Source: the human T2T-CHM13v2.0 reference genome, Homo sapiens
Length of the DNA stretch: 64,000 nt
NCBI RefSeq assembly: GCF_009914755.1
Contig: NC_060928.1
Reading direction: 5' to 3' (one strand)
Of the stretch, positions 31,063 through 45,671 are shown one piece after another. Within the stretch, counting starts at the first letter, position 1, and every line of letters begins with the position of its first letter. The notes beneath the pieces were generated by a model. It worked only from the letters and a program-made list of their open reading frames with translations, ran no database searches and was not told the DNA's origin. A program made the translations under genes and the position numbers.

Positions 31063-31689
31063 GAATAATATTAATTTTTCTATAACTCAACCTGGACTTA
31101 TCTGGGCCTTTATTTTGAATGGTAAATTTGATCTTTTTCTGGTACACTGTCAATTCCGTAACATCCAGCATTCCAGGGAGTAAGCATAGTTGAGGCTCCC
31201 ACCTCCCTATCTTTTATTTTTGTGTTGAACACTGGAAGCTGTGCCATGACACTAGCGGGCAACAGACTTCCAGCCCACTCTGTTCTCAGACCTCTAACGG
31301 GTTTCTTTTGATTTGTTCACAGCCCTCCTGCTGTGACGCCCAGTCACCAGGCCTTCTTAAGTTACTCTATAGCCCCCTTTTCTGGATCACAAGACTCTGT
31401 CGGGCCTCCCTACTCTTTCTCAGAAACTCATCTCTGGCGGCCCAAAGGCTACCTCTGCTCCCCGCTTCCAGATGGGCTTAGCCTGGCCCAGCCACCTTAG
31501 CTCCGTGGTTATTATTTCTGTGTGCTGGATTCCTTAGTGTTTCCTCCAGCTTCCTTGGGGAGTTAGGCCCACATTTCCTCTTTCTTTAGAGTCCCTTAAA
31601 CGTCTTTAGGCTCTTCATTACGTCCCTTCTCCCAGGGGTACAGCACAGGGTCAGATAAAGTGATTATTTTTTTTTCTTAGAGATTTCAC

Positions 31690-31945
31690 CAGTGCTGTTC
31701 ACTCAGTTGCTCAGGACAAAAGCTTCACACTCACACTTGAATCCTCTCTTAAATCCCATATCAATAGAATCAACTGCTCCTGTTCTCTTTATAAATTACG
31801 TATTTTAAATTCTGTCTGTTTTCCTCGCTTGAGTTTTCCTTACTTTTACTCTTAAAAGTAAAGAACTTTTAAAATTTACTATTGTATTTTCAGAAGACTG
31901 TGATGTGGTATATGTGCAAAAAATTTGTTTAATGAAATGCCTGAA
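31690..31945 (+). mobile_element. L2 fragments
   Basis: 'tcactcagttgctcaggacaaaagc...ttgaatcctctct' and 'aaatttgtttaatgaaatg'. Confidence 0.45.
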
Positions 31946-32011
31946 CAAATTTCCTATTGTTAAAAGTATTAATATAAGTTGTTTTCTTTTAGAATTATTT
32001 TTATAAACTAC

Positions 32012-32312
<301 letters not shown>

Positions 32313-34327
32313 TAAACTACCTTTTATGGACATCTTTTGAATTATCTCTCAGTATCCAAATTTGCTAAGAGTTAATTCCTAGCAATTAAATTTCTAGATT
32401 AAATAATGTGCACATTAAAAAATATTGATGTATATTGACAAATTTCCTCCCAAAAATTTACATCAAATTATACTTCTACTAATCGTATGTGGAAATGCTG
32501 TTCTTTCTGGCTCCTCAGCAGTACTGGGCATGATCCTTCAAAATCTTTACCAACTTGTTAGTTGAAAGAAACACACAATCTGATAGCCTTAATTTAGGTA
32601 TACATATTTTTGGTATTCTTAATTCAGAGTAAAATGTTCTGATTCTGTTGCCAGATTCTGGGTGGACTGGGATAATATCACTTAGTACAGAATAGCGGAA
32701 GACTTAATTATTACATACTACTTAAATTACAAAATAAAATAATAAAAGTTTTGCCTTTCAAACTAAAACTTCATCGCTTTAGACCTGGAAACTGCCCCCA
32801 AATGATCCCATACTTCTGTGTATCGATTTCATTAGATTTGGAGAAGTTTTTATAGAGGTGTCTGAGCTTTACTCACTCAATCCTTCATGCTTATGTTTCA
32901 TATCAATAAATAATAAAGATATATGTATTTTTCTATAAGATGCTCTACATATGAGAGTCTAATGGTTCAATTTGGAGGAAAGGGAATAATTATTTTATAA
33001 AGAGTTCCTGCACATAGTAACATGCCTCTTGAGGGAAAAAATAAGGTTACAGTTTTTTTTTAGTTGTAATGAATATAAGGAGGTGAACCTGGCCTTATGC
33101 TATGTGTGGTAGCTTTCCTTTTGGCATACTGAAAGACAATGTGTTTTGTAATGGAACAGAAGCATTCCAAGCCACCCTTCTGTGTCTCTTGCTTAGCAGA
33201 TTTATGTACTCTTGGCTAATAAGTCTGTCCATATAAACCAATGGACTCTTTCCATTCTCTACGCCTCGTAGCTCTGAAGAGACGACCCCTGTCTTTAGCT
33301 CTATGAGCCCTAAAACCTTTGAAGCAAACAGTAATATATTACTTTCCTCTTTGTGTTTTACTGCTTTCTCTAAAATGTGAAAAATAGCTAGAAGGGTATG
33401 TGTATACATATTTATGTGTTTCTAAGCTTTAGTTTGGAAAGGCTGAAGTTTCAAATTAAAAAAAAAACAGCATTTCAATCACATTGTGTGGCTTATATGA
33501 CCTCTATTACTTAGAATACTGGAAATATCTATTAAATATCTTTTTTGCCTACAAGCATTCACACATTTTCTTGGTTTTATTTGACCAAAGAATATTTCAG
33601 CATCAGACTAACTTGCACCAGTATCTGTTCATATGTTTTGAAATTAATAGTTCTTGAAAGAAAGAACAGGTCATATTGCTCTCATTTACCTTTTTTGGCT
33701 TGTACGTGGATTTTCATAGACTGCAATGGAAATACTGTGGACAAGGATTATCTCTTCAGATTTAGATGTAAACACTAGAACTTACTATAATAACTTGGAT
33801 CATGCACCATCCTAGGAACTAGGGTTATTTCCTTGAGACACTTGAGTGAATGGATCAGTTGCCAAGCAACTTGCATTCTTATGGGGCTAGGCTGGGGAAC
33901 AAAAGGGCACCAGGTGGTAATACATAAAAGGAAAATGACAAAGACACATGGAAAAATAAAGCCTTCATCTGGGAATTGTAGTGTATGCCTGTTCAGAAAT
34001 TTGGTATATGCTCTTCCTTATTCAATTCATTTCAACAGCTATCAATCTATGATAACATCTTTAATATCTGTGGCTATCCATCCATCACCCATCCATTCAT
34101 TCACTCATCCATCCATCTGGACAGACTTATTTTGAGTTTAGAAATTACAAATAGTAAGCTAGAACTGTATGTCTCTTATATTAACTACTTTGCCAATAAT
34201 TATTGTTCATTAATTTTTTACCGTTTCTCATAATTTCGTCTATTCCTCTTACAACTCTATGTCTTATATATATTTTTACTTTTAACCTTCTTCTGGTACA
34301 TGCTTTCTTTTTCTCTCAGAAGTGATT

Positions 34328-34547
34328 ATAGACAGTGAGGCCACTAGATGGGAGGGAGGAGGGCAAAGTTTAAAAAACTAACTGTTGGGTATTATGCTCA
34401 CGATCAATTGTACCCTAAACCTCAGCATCATGCAGTATACCCACATAATGAATCTACACATGTGTGCCCTGAATCTAAAATAAAAGTTGAAATTATAAAA
34501 ATAAAATAAAATCCTATATTCCATCTAAAAACAAAACAAAATGAAAA
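34328..34547 (+). mobile_element. L1 3' end (L1PA16/L1PB-like), 5' truncated
   Basis: 'ctgttgggtattatgctcac...taccctaaacctcagcatcatgcagtatacccac...ctgaatctaaaataaaagttgaaa'; TSD agaagtgatt at 34318 and 34548. Confidence 0.9.
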
Positions 34548-35054
34548 AGAAGTGATTTTATTGCTTCAGTGTTACTTGGTGCTTAGGCACTCAATCTAGG
34601 TGGGAACATAGATTCCTACAGAAGATTGTTGGGCCAGGCCTTATGCCCCCACTCTATATGAGACTTCATTCCTTGGCAGCCATATGCTGAAACCTAACAT
34701 CCTTGAGTCCAAGTGGAAAACAGTGATGATAGTCTAACATGTCAGAAGTTTGGACACACAGTTGTACATGTAATCAGCTTTATATATTTTAAAACATAGG
34801 TCAGTTCTATTTGTTCAAATACACTATAAAAATAAACTTTTTCTCATATAGAAGCTAAAACTAAAGAAAACTATGAGTTCCTTGTTTTTGAGAGCTCTGC
34901 CAGCATCATGTCAGATTGTGTTAATGAGGATCTGTACTTTTTAATAGACTGCCCCTAGTACCATGTAACAATTGGAATCCAGTCATTCTCAAGAATTTCA
35001 GGAAAAAAAAGTACAATCCAGTTCAGAAACATGTCTCAAGGAACAAGAAACTAT

Positions 35055-35230
35055 TATTTATTTAGTGCCTATTATATGCCTGACGTTGTGCTAGGCATTT
35101 CTTGATAGATTTTAAAACTTAATCTTCAAAAATCCTTGTATAGTGAGTATTATTACCCACATTAACAAATATGAAACTAAGCCTTGGAGAAATTAAATAA
35201 CTTGCACAAAGTTACTCAGCTCCTAGAAGC
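35055..35230 (-). mobile_element. MIR
   Basis: 'tttagtgcctattatatgcctgacgttgtgctaggc...tattattacccacattaacaaatatgaaactaagcc'. Confidence 0.75.
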
Positions 35231-35307
35231 CGTGCTTTTTGCCCTCAGTATATTTAATTCTACTAAGTTACACTATTGAGGGTCCTGCTGGTGATTGTAG
35301 AGACATT

Positions 35308-35611
<304 letters not shown>

Positions 35612-35924
35612 GCTTATCTGAAACATAGGAACTTGAACTTAGAACTTTCTGAGACATACTAATACTGATTTCTTTTGCATCATTTAAAAATTACTATCAT
35701 TCCTCTTTGCAATATGTCTGATTTACTCAGGAGTGAGATACATTTATCAATATATCCCTGAGCTAGAAATGGAAAAGTTGGGTGTCAGGCTGCCTTCGCA
35801 AAAGTGAATCCTTTTAGATGATAATTCTTATGCAGGTAACTAATTAAGGACATGTCTCTAGGAGAACCCAATGATTTCATGAGCGAAGCCAGGGAAAGAA
35901 AGAGAATAAGCCATGCAAAAGTGC

Positions 35925-35968
35925 TTTTTTTTTTTTTCTTGAGACAGGGTGTCGCTCTGTCACCAGGC
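35925..35968 (-). mobile_element. Alu 3'-terminal stub followed by TA/CA low-complexity sequence (to about 36062)
   Basis: T-tail + 'gagacagggtgtcgctctgtcaccaggct'. Confidence 0.8.
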
Positions 35969-36257
35969 TTATATAGATGTGTACATATATATGTATACAC
36001 ACACACATATATTTAGGCTTTTATATGTGTGTATATGTTTATAATATATAATATATATGTATGCCTAAATATTAGAAGCTTAAATCAGAAGCTGGCAATT
36101 TTCACTGGAAACAACGGAGGGTTCAGTCCAGGTATTCTGCCCCCCAAATGACTCTTTGCTCTCCTGGGAGGGGAAAAGGGAGTTGATACTGAGGGGGATG
36201 CTGAAAGGGCTTCATATGTGGGAAGCGATTGCCCTTGTCTCCCACTTCCTCTTAGGG

Positions 36258-36587
36258 CAGTGGTTTTCAAGGTGTGCCTATCTTAATCATAGGAGAATAT
36301 TTCTCTTTATTTTCAAAATACACAAATGTGTGCGTCTCTACTGCGAATCTTTTGAATCATAACCATGTGGGCCAGTGGAGAGGTGTAGATAAAAGTAATA
36401 TTAGCTTGTGCAAAGTTACTTTTTCCCATCTTTCTATTGTGAAAAAATTTAAACATACAAAAGAAGTTTAAAAAGGTAGTACACTGACACCCATATATCT
36501 ACACCCACATAACTCATCCACATAACTGAGATTAAGAAACCCTCAGGTGATTCTGATGATGATTTTACTCTAGGTCTTGAAACCTGC
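36258..36587. mobile_element. MER5-like hAT MITE apparently split by an old L1 3' fragment (about 36420-36535)
   Basis: 'cagtggttttcaag' start, 'ccctcaggtgattctgatg' end motif, and an L1M-like 'aaatttaaacatacaaaag' insert. Confidence 0.5.
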
Positions 36588-37459
36588 ATCCAATCAACTT
36601 CCTCTTGGGCTGGATCAGGGATAGAGAATGGCCTTGCATCGACCCACGTCTCCGCAGTCGTTAAGTGCATCTTGGGATTATCTTTCTAGATGAGCCTGAG
36701 GACCAACAACCTCTAGTGACTTCCTTTTAGCCTGTTACATATGTCTCTGGAGTAGTCATGGAGAGGTTATTGGGTTGGAGCTGGCAACCGAACAAAAGTC
36801 ATTTGCCCATATTTGACTTATTGATATTTCAAGAGCACATGTTATTATGATCTTGAAATAGGTAGTTAAACACAAATGTTGGATTATAAACCAATTTTTA
36901 AAAAGTATGTGGAATGAAGAAACTGAAGCTTGGCCTATTATGGAAAAAAAAAGAGTCCAAGTCAACTTTTTGAAAGATTCCAGAGCAATGGACTACTTTA
37001 GAATCATCTGTCTGAGTGCCTGTATCCTTTTTTCAGAGCCCTTTAAAAACCTGATGAAAGTGCTAGATGTTCTCATTAGTGATTTGTATATAAACCATAT
37101 AGTTTATTTTGTATGTAAATTCAGGATGGATACTAAGAGAAATTTTTCAGGAATCTGCCAGGTTAAAAAACACGTTTCTATACCTTCCTTCAGTAAAGGA
37201 AGGTCCTGGTCTGTTGTGGGACCCAAAATATGAATGAGGTCAAAAGATAGAATTAGTTAATGATGTAGTATCAAGCTTTGGAGTAAGACATAAGTCTTCC
37301 CCCAAATCATCCAGTTCAATCCTCTGGAAAACTGAGAGATGTAAAATATGGCAGAAATATTTTATCTAATTTAAGTAGCCATTAAGAGCCCTGTGCAGCA
37401 TTAGGTTTACCATGAACAGAATGCTTTTAGTTTATTAATTCAGAACTGTTTTCTTACCC

Positions 37460-37752
37460 AACAAGTCCCTTCTTAAATGTCATTCAGGGAAGAAGTTTTT
37501 AAGCACTCAATATCTAAAGATAGTCTATGTCATTCTCATCATAATGTCTTAATTTCCTTTTTAGCAAATTTGACACCAGCATTTGTATTACTTGTTGATT
37601 TATTTGTATTTGACTGTCTCCCCATAGAATTTTACCTCAATCAGGATGAAGACCTTGTTTACCTTGTATATTACTGTATCCTTAGTGTAGTGTACAGTGC
37701 CATACACAGTTAAAGGCTAAAAAATACATGATGAATGAATGAATGATGAATT
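37460..37752 (+). mobile_element. L2 3' end with (GAAT)n tail
   Basis: 'tactgtatccttagtg...acagtgccatacacag...gatgaatgaatgaatg'. Confidence 0.75.
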
Positions 37753-38552
37753 TACAGAGTTTGTGGTCAGACCCAAGCTTATGTAATTTTCTTGAGAGCA
37801 CATAGGAAAGATATCTGGGAAATTACGTTTGTAATAAGTTCTTCTCTTGATGATAATGATGAAGACCATTGTGATGAAGATGGTAACATCAGCTGCCTTG
37901 GCAGCTGCTGTGTGGTAAACTGAAGTGAGCAGACCAAAAGAAATAAAAAGACACCGAAAGCACAACTTTAAATGATATCCTTTAATCTCTGGCTGCTGGG
38001 AAGAGCAGCCGCAGATAATCTAGTTTGTGTGCTAGGATCCCAAAAGAGCTGACAAACTATGAGCAAGATTAACTCTTAAGAAAAAAAAAGGTAAAGTCTC
38101 TGATAGCAACAGGTATTGTAAACAGTGGTCACTGTTGCTAATGAGAGAATGGGCTTGCTGTGTATCTGGGCCACAAAGACCTGTGCCTCTCCCAGGCTTC
38201 CCAGTGAGTCTTGTGAAGCGGCCCTGTCAATACTGGTCTTTTCCAAGGGGAAAATCCAGGAGATCACACTCACCCATTTCTAGCTATTTTCTTATATAGC
38301 TCTAGTTTACTAAGAAAGACATTCAGAGACATTTAGTGTAATTATTGTTACTACCTTTTCTGCCATTAAAAATTATTTTATATGACTTAAAAGTGTATAC
38401 TGTGTAAATAAAACTTTTTTCCACATGTCTACGGTACCTGGCAAGTCTCAGTTCATTATTTGTTGAAATGTTCACCTTAAGCATTAGGAAATCTGCATAT
38501 TTCTTGCTATTTATCCTTAAAACAGAACAAAACCTCAATTAAAAAAAAAATT

Positions 38553-38813
38553 AGCTGGGTGTGGTATCTCATGCCTGTAATCCCAGGCTGAGGCAGGCAT
38601 ATCACTTGAACCCAGGAGTTCTAGACCAGCCTGGGCAACATAGTGAGACCCTGTCTCTACAAAAAAATACAAAAAATTACCCAGGCATGGTGGCATTTGC
38701 CTGTAATCCTAGTTACCTGGGAGATTGAGATGGGAGGATCACTTGAGCCTGGGAGGTTGAGGCAGCAGTGAGCCATGATTGCACTGCCAATGGGAGACCC
38801 TATCTCAAAAAAA
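38553..38813 (+). mobile_element. Alu (AluJo-like) with small deletions
   Basis: 'gaccagcctgggcaacatagtgagaccctgtctctac', 'ggaggatcacttgagcctgggagg'. Confidence 0.93.
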
Positions 38814-41639
38814 CTGAAAAGGATTTAGACGTGTGTGAAGTTCATTCTACAATTCAGTGTGACACTTTTATAACCAAATGAGTACCAACACCCTTATGAA
38901 CACACATATATAAAGGAAAGAAAATAAAGAGAGAAAGAAAAAGAAGAAAAAGAAATGTGGTTAGAACTCCTTGTTTCATTTTACTCTGACTTGATTATTT
39001 CCCAGGCCCAAATCTAGAACTGGAAGGTGGTAGCTTATTGTATCAGAGGTTAAGCTTGTGGCTTTTATTTCCTGCTCCATCTAGAACCAAGATGTCCAAA
39101 GAGTATGTTTGGAAGGACTTTTTTTTTTTTTTAAATGATTTCTAGCTCTGTCTCTAGTCAGAGAATATGGAGGAGTTTGGGCCAACTCCAGAAAACAACT
39201 TCAATGTAGAAAACCATGGAGCGCAAGGTCCTGCTTCCATATATTTATTTTCGTGGAGCAGGTGGCAAGTTCTCAAAATAATTTTGTCTGTGAGATACAG
39301 ATATTTCTGGGACATTTTCATAACCAGCTTCCTGCAGTAATTAGCTTCAGAGCTGGAGTATGCTAGAAACTACTGGGCCCTGGGCAGTGGTTAAATTAGG
39401 TGTGAACGTAAGCTGGGCTGATCTCCATTGTGTAGTTAAAAACCAAAGGTGGGCACAGAGAGAGTATTTGTTCTGCCCTTTCTTCACCCACTGCATTTTC
39501 ATTTCCCCTTTCTCTACTCCAGAGGCCTAATAAAGGACTCTAATGTACGATACTCAACACAGCTTTAAAACATCCACGCAGAGTACAAAATTGTAGTAGG
39601 AATTTGGGTTTTGTTTTTCTTTTGAGTTTAATATGACTTCCTAGGTTCAGCGTATTTTGTAATATATTTCTTAAACCGCAGGATCATGAGGGCAAATTCC
39701 CTTGGGGGAAAGTGGCTCTGTGAGTTGATTAGCACCGTTTGCCTGCTTCCTAACCCTCTTCTGCTCAGGTATTAGTTGTTCAGACAGCTGAGCTTCAGCT
39801 CAGCTCTCCAGGTCCTGCGCTCCATTTTAATGCAAGCCAGTGATGCAAAGTCCCCGGCTTGGCTTGTCAGAACTTGATAGCTCTGTAAACACTGAAATCC
39901 TTGTTGCCATAACACCAGGAAAAATAATATGGGCTCCTGCATATAAATATAACGAAGGCCTTGGGGAATGGGAGCATTTCTAAATGACTTGAAGCTCTGT
40001 CACGGCATAATCTCTTATAAATAAATGTCAGTGTAGTCACTGAATGCAGACTGGATTTTTGCCTGACTACGGTGCTCAGCCTTCTAGACAATAGTTATGC
40101 TAAGGGATTATCTTTTAACATTGTGCAGTTATCTCCTTTGTTTGTTTTCTTTTTTCATTATTCACATAAGCCAAGGGAAATGAAAAGCATCTTATTTCAG
40201 GCAAAAAGGCCTGTGAATGATTAACTCTGGTTCCATGCGTTGGGACTTTGCATAGCAACCCCGTGGCTTGCAACGACAAAAAAGCTCAAGGCAGGAACAG
40301 CAGCCCAGGGACCTGAGACCAGCGTTCTCAAATGAAGGTGGTGAGAAACAGATTAAGTATAAGCATTGTGTTTATGGGTAGAATTCTCTGTAGCTGGCCC
40401 ATTTAATTTGGCATTCGTTTTACTGCACTTTTCTTGGTGAAGATGTGTTTTGCTGACCTTTACTCTTGCTTTTTGAATACATTTGAGAATTCAAGTGAAA
40501 CTTGGCCATGATTGTGGCATAATGTGGTTTATGTCACCATATTTTATGGGTTCTCCCTAATACTATCCCAAACTGGGCTAACTCTGGCTAATTTTATATT
40601 TAAAAATGGAAATAACAGATAGCTTCATAATAGCATGCAGGTTTAATTTTAGCTCAACTAAAACTTTGTTGGTAAATTTTGGCACTCTTGAAATTATATA
40701 TAACAGAAAGCATTATATGAAATAAAGATAAACAAATGGTGTGATTATGTAATTCCAATTAAAAGCCTATAAGTATGTAAAGAACCCAGATTGTACAAAT
40801 ATGAAATCTGAAATCAATATCAATTCCATATCCTTATATAGACATTTGGTGCTTAAACATTTATACAACAAGGTCCATTTAAAGATTCGAGTTAAAAGAG
40901 TTAGAAGAAAATGAAATATAAGCTAAGGACAGAAGAAACATTTGAGAATTTAGAAAAAAGCAGTATAGTTATAATTGAGCCAAAATATTTAGGACACTTA
41001 AATTTAGACTGCAAGTCAATCCAGATGTTTATTTATTAATGTTAATAATGTTTCCAGTGTTGTTATACAATGCTAAATCCCAGGGGTTCTGCTTCTGAGT
41101 TTAAAGACAAATGCAATGATCTTTATTCTTTTCCAGCTCTGTTTTAATTTTAGGAGCTTTTCTATAGCCATGATTTTCCCATAAATGTGTTTGCAAAATC
41201 TCGAGCAGCTCCTGATGTCTTGCAGAAAGTCTGAGTGAAACACTGCTCTAGCAAAGCTTTCCATGTTCTGCATTGCTCTTCTTGCTTCCATGGCAATAAA
41301 GAGAGAAACTTGGCATAAGAATATAATCTGTTCCTGCCTGTTTCTCATCTGAAGTCATAAACCTCTGCCATCCCACCCAAGACTAGAATTTCAGCTGGCA
41401 TGAAACAGCTGTCTGCTTACAGGTTTATTCCGGTAGTAACCAAAGACAAAACTATTTTAATTGAAGGCCCTAGGCTGTTCTCCAAACCCTCACAATCTCT
41501 GGGTCATCCCCAGGAAGAAACCATTGAGGAAAAGGTACAAGTTACATTCTTTCTTATAGTTTTTGACACACTGTATATTTATGAAGTTGAGAACATTTTA
41601 CCCTTCTAATTTGACTACATTGGATGCCATGGAGAAAAG

Positions 41640-41905
41640 GAGGGTCACAAACTCAAAAGCCCTGAGGGTTCAGGCACACAAACTAAGTCAGCAGAGAGTA
41701 GGCTGCAGTGCATGGGTGGAGTGTCCTGTCCGAAGGGGCATCTGCTACTCTGCTTCACTTATTGCTACCATGTGGGAATGTGGAGGCCCAAGTTGCTAGA
41801 TATTCTGATTTGTCAATAGAAGTTCTCAGTCCTGCTTTTTATGGGAATTCTGCATAGTTTTAAATGTGGGCAATTATTCTGAATAAAAATCAAAACATTA
41901 TGAAT
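41640..41905. mobile_element. Old hAT-type DNA transposon fragment
   Basis: 'agggtcacaaactcaaaagcc...' TIR-like start and 'gttgctagatattctgattt...ttttaaatgtgggcaatt'; family not pinned down. Confidence 0.45.
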
Positions 41906-42069
41906 GTTAACCCAAACATGGCTCTGGATTGGATGTCTGGGGCTGCTTGGGTTCAACCCCTAGACTTTGCTCTTGACTCACTACTGGTAGACTTTGCATT
42001 TATCATTTGCTTAGGTTCTATAACTGTCAAGTAGCATAATTTATTTACACATTTTCCTTCTTACTCTGG

Positions 42070-42300
42070 TTAGTACTGCATAAAGAACACAAGTTTTGGA
42101 GTTGGGGAGAGATGTAGATTTTACTAGTTCCAGATTTTACCAAATTGTGACTTGCAGCCTCTTAATCCCTTGAAAGCCTCTCTTATGCCATGCAGAAATG
42201 AAAACCTATTTTACAGGAAGTTTGGAGGATTAAATAAACTAATATGTAAAATAATTAGCCCAGCCCTACAGGTGCTCTTTGCTTAGTGTTACCATTCTGA
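42070..42300 (+). mobile_element. MIR (diverged)
   Basis: 'aagaacacaagttttggagtt...tgtgactt...aatccctt...ggaggattaaataa'. Confidence 0.55.
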
Positions 42301-42963
42301 TCATTACTATTAAGAACAAACAATACCATAAAGTGATCCACTTTAGAAGACACAAGGACTCAATCAGAAAGAGTTTCTCTCAGTATAGGGAGAAGAGCCT
42401 CTTTGTAGATCTAACATGCAATATAATACAAAATTGTATCAAGAGCCATCTTCATGTTCTTAAAGAATTTTGGGATTTTGTTGCTAGAGAAGACCTTGAG
42501 GAAACAGAAACTCTGACAACTAGAAATGACAGAAACATCAATTTCATCAGAGACATTAATATTTGGAACCATGACAAATAATGCTTTCCTTGAAATTCAC
42601 TGTGACATATTAAGAACGTAACTTGTTATGAAAATAAAACCAAAGACTATATCTGGAACTATGTTGTAAAGTAAAAGAATGTAGGCTAAATTTTTTTCCT
42701 ATCCATTTCTGTGGGATTATTTACTTTGGAAATAAATGGATGAAAGTCACTTAGAACATTTCCTGTTTTTTTTTTTTTTTTTTTTTTGTACCCAGCCAGA
42801 TCTGCTGTTAGAGGAGAATTCTTCTGTCCTAGCTGTGTCTCTGTGATCTGTGGATGAGGGTGGGAAAGCACCACTCAGTCAATTGGGGTGTACAAAATGG
42901 AGTTTGAGAAGGTAAGTGATGTTTTCTCCATGCTTTCTGTTCAAAATTAAGTGCAATTAAATG

Positions 42964-43281
<318 letters not shown>

Positions 43282-43630
43282 GCAATTAAATCTTTAACAT
43301 TCAAAGGAAGAGACTTTCTTCCTTCTTTCCTTTTCCTGGAACAATGGAAAGTAATAACAGAAAATAAATCAGTCTAACAAATTGTCTAGTGGTAAAAACA
43401 AAACAGGGTACTGATGTAATATGGTTCAGTGTATCTTGGGTCTTTCACATGACATGTCCTCTTGCTTAATAAGAGTTCTTTGACAGTATGATATTGAGTG
43501 GTGAGATTGTGTAATGGATTATTTGAAGTGTTCATCTATAAGCCATTCATATATTTACTGACAAAACTCTTTTATTTTTAAAGCTTAATGGCAGTTAGTG
43601 GTGGTTATATAGGAGTCTGCCATAAACTCC

Positions 43631-44028
43631 ATATCTATATATGGGAGTTTATTTAGTATTAACTCACACGACCACAAAGTCCCACCATAGGCTCTCTGCC
43701 AGCTGAGGAGCAAGGAGAGCCAGTCCAAGTTCCAAAACTGAAGAACATGGAGTCTGATGTTCAAGGGCAGGAAGTATCCAGCATGGGAGAAACATGTAGG
43801 CTGGGAGGCTAGGCCAGGCTCTCTTTTCACATTTTTCTGCCTGCTTTATATTCTAGCTACACTGGCAGCTAATTAGATTGTGCTCACCAGATTAAGGGTG
43901 GGTCTGCCTTTCCCAGCCCACTGACTCAAATGTTAATCTCCTTTGGCAACACCCTCACAGACATGCCCAGGATCAATACTTTGTATCTTTCAGTCCAATC
44001 AAGTTGACACTCAGTATTAACCATTGCA
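43631..44028 (-). mobile_element. MLT2A1 (HERV-L) solo LTR, 3' end truncated
   Basis: 'aactcacacgaccacaaagtccc...ctgaggagcaaggagagccagtcc', 'ctgactcaaatgttaatctcctttggcaacaccctcacagac', 'caagttgacactcagtattaacca'. Confidence 0.9.
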
Positions 44029-44122
44029 GTAATGAATAATAATATCTCCATCTACCGTAAGATAGGAACTATACTAGGCACTTAAAGGACATTGCTTATA
44101 ATACTCATCACCCTTTATGTGG

Positions 44123-44498
44123 TGATATGGTTTGGCTCTGTGTCCCCACCCATATCTCATCTTGAATTGTACTGCCATAATTCCCACATGTTTTAGGAGG
44201 GACCCGGTGGGAGATAACTGAATCATGGGGGCAGTTTTCCCCATACTGTTCTCCTGGTAGTGAGTAAGTCTCACGAGATCTGTTGGTTTGAGCAGTTTCC
44301 ACTTTTGCCTCTTCCTCATTTTCTCCTTGACTGCTGCCATCCATGCAAGATGGGACTTGCTCCTTCTTGCCTTCCACCATGATGGTGATGCTTCCCCATC
44401 CATGTGGAACTGTAAGTCCAATTAAAGCTCTTTCTTTTGTAAATTGCCCAGTCTCGGATATGTCTTTATCAGCAGTGTGATAACGGACTAATAATACA
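44123..44498 (+). mobile_element. THE1C-like MaLR solo LTR
   Basis: TGATATGGTTTGGCT start, ...ACTAATAATACA end; 5-bp TSD tgtgg/tgtag; inserted in a MIR. Confidence 0.93.
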
Positions 44499-45001
44499 TG
44501 TAGGTCTTCACGTCCGTTATACAGAGGGGGTAAATGGAGTCTCAGGTATAAATGGCTTCCCTCAGGGCATGTAGATAATTATAGGAGGCTAGAATTGAGC
44601 CAGATTTGTTGTTCTAGGCTCCTCTACTGTACACTTTCTCAAGTATTTTAGGGAATAATTTGTCCCACTTGTGGGACAAATGAATTACTTAGAAATCATC
44701 AGCAGTGTCTGACAGACAGCAATCCAACAGCAAAAACAGAGGTAGAACAAGATCAGTTAACACATATCAGAGGGAAAATTATTCAAGATCCCTTGCTATT
44801 TCTTAGCAGAGAAGGAAAGGTATTCTTCCCCTCTTGCTGACTGTATACATGACATGAAAGGAAATGGAAAAGAATTGAAAATAAAATGGCCATGATAAGG
44901 TATAGAATAAAGAGAGAATGGGATTGACAAAAGCATAAAGAAACTAGCTTCCCCCTCTCCTTTTCTCTCATGAACTCAGGCTCTTAAAAATGAATTAAGG
45001 G

Positions 45002-45366
<365 letters not shown>

Positions 45367-45671
45367 TCACCTAACAGCACCTGGCATTCACTAGACAAGA
45401 CATGGTCATTCAATAAATGTGTGAGCAAGTAAAATCTTTGGTAACTTTGTTTCCATTCTTTCTAAAGACTCTTTACTCCAAATACTTTTTTCAATCCTGG
45501 TTCAGATGTCCCCATGTTATGAAGAGTATTAGATGATAAATAAATCAAAGGGCCATCCTGAGTGCAGAAAGAAATTCTCATATCTCATTGCAGATAAATT
45601 AGCATGACAAAATGCCTCCACTCTTTCTTTTCCTTTGGAAAAAGATTTTGGGTTTTTTACTCATATGTCTG

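Noticed and set aside
30668-31171. EGGR-rich and PSFL-rich ORFs
   Set aside because: Translations of the GGAA/GGGA repeat
34339-34356. CTCF-like ggccactagatgggag
   Set aside because: Mismatch at the core GGC position and derived from L1 3' UTR sequence
39790-39820. REST/NRSE-like motif
   Set aside because: Wrong half-site spacing and several mismatches
44388-44404. PRDM9 13-mer hotspot motif in THE1 LTRs (also about 45761 and 47704)
   Set aside because: The sequences cttccccatccat and cctccccagccat do not match CCNCCNTNNCCNC
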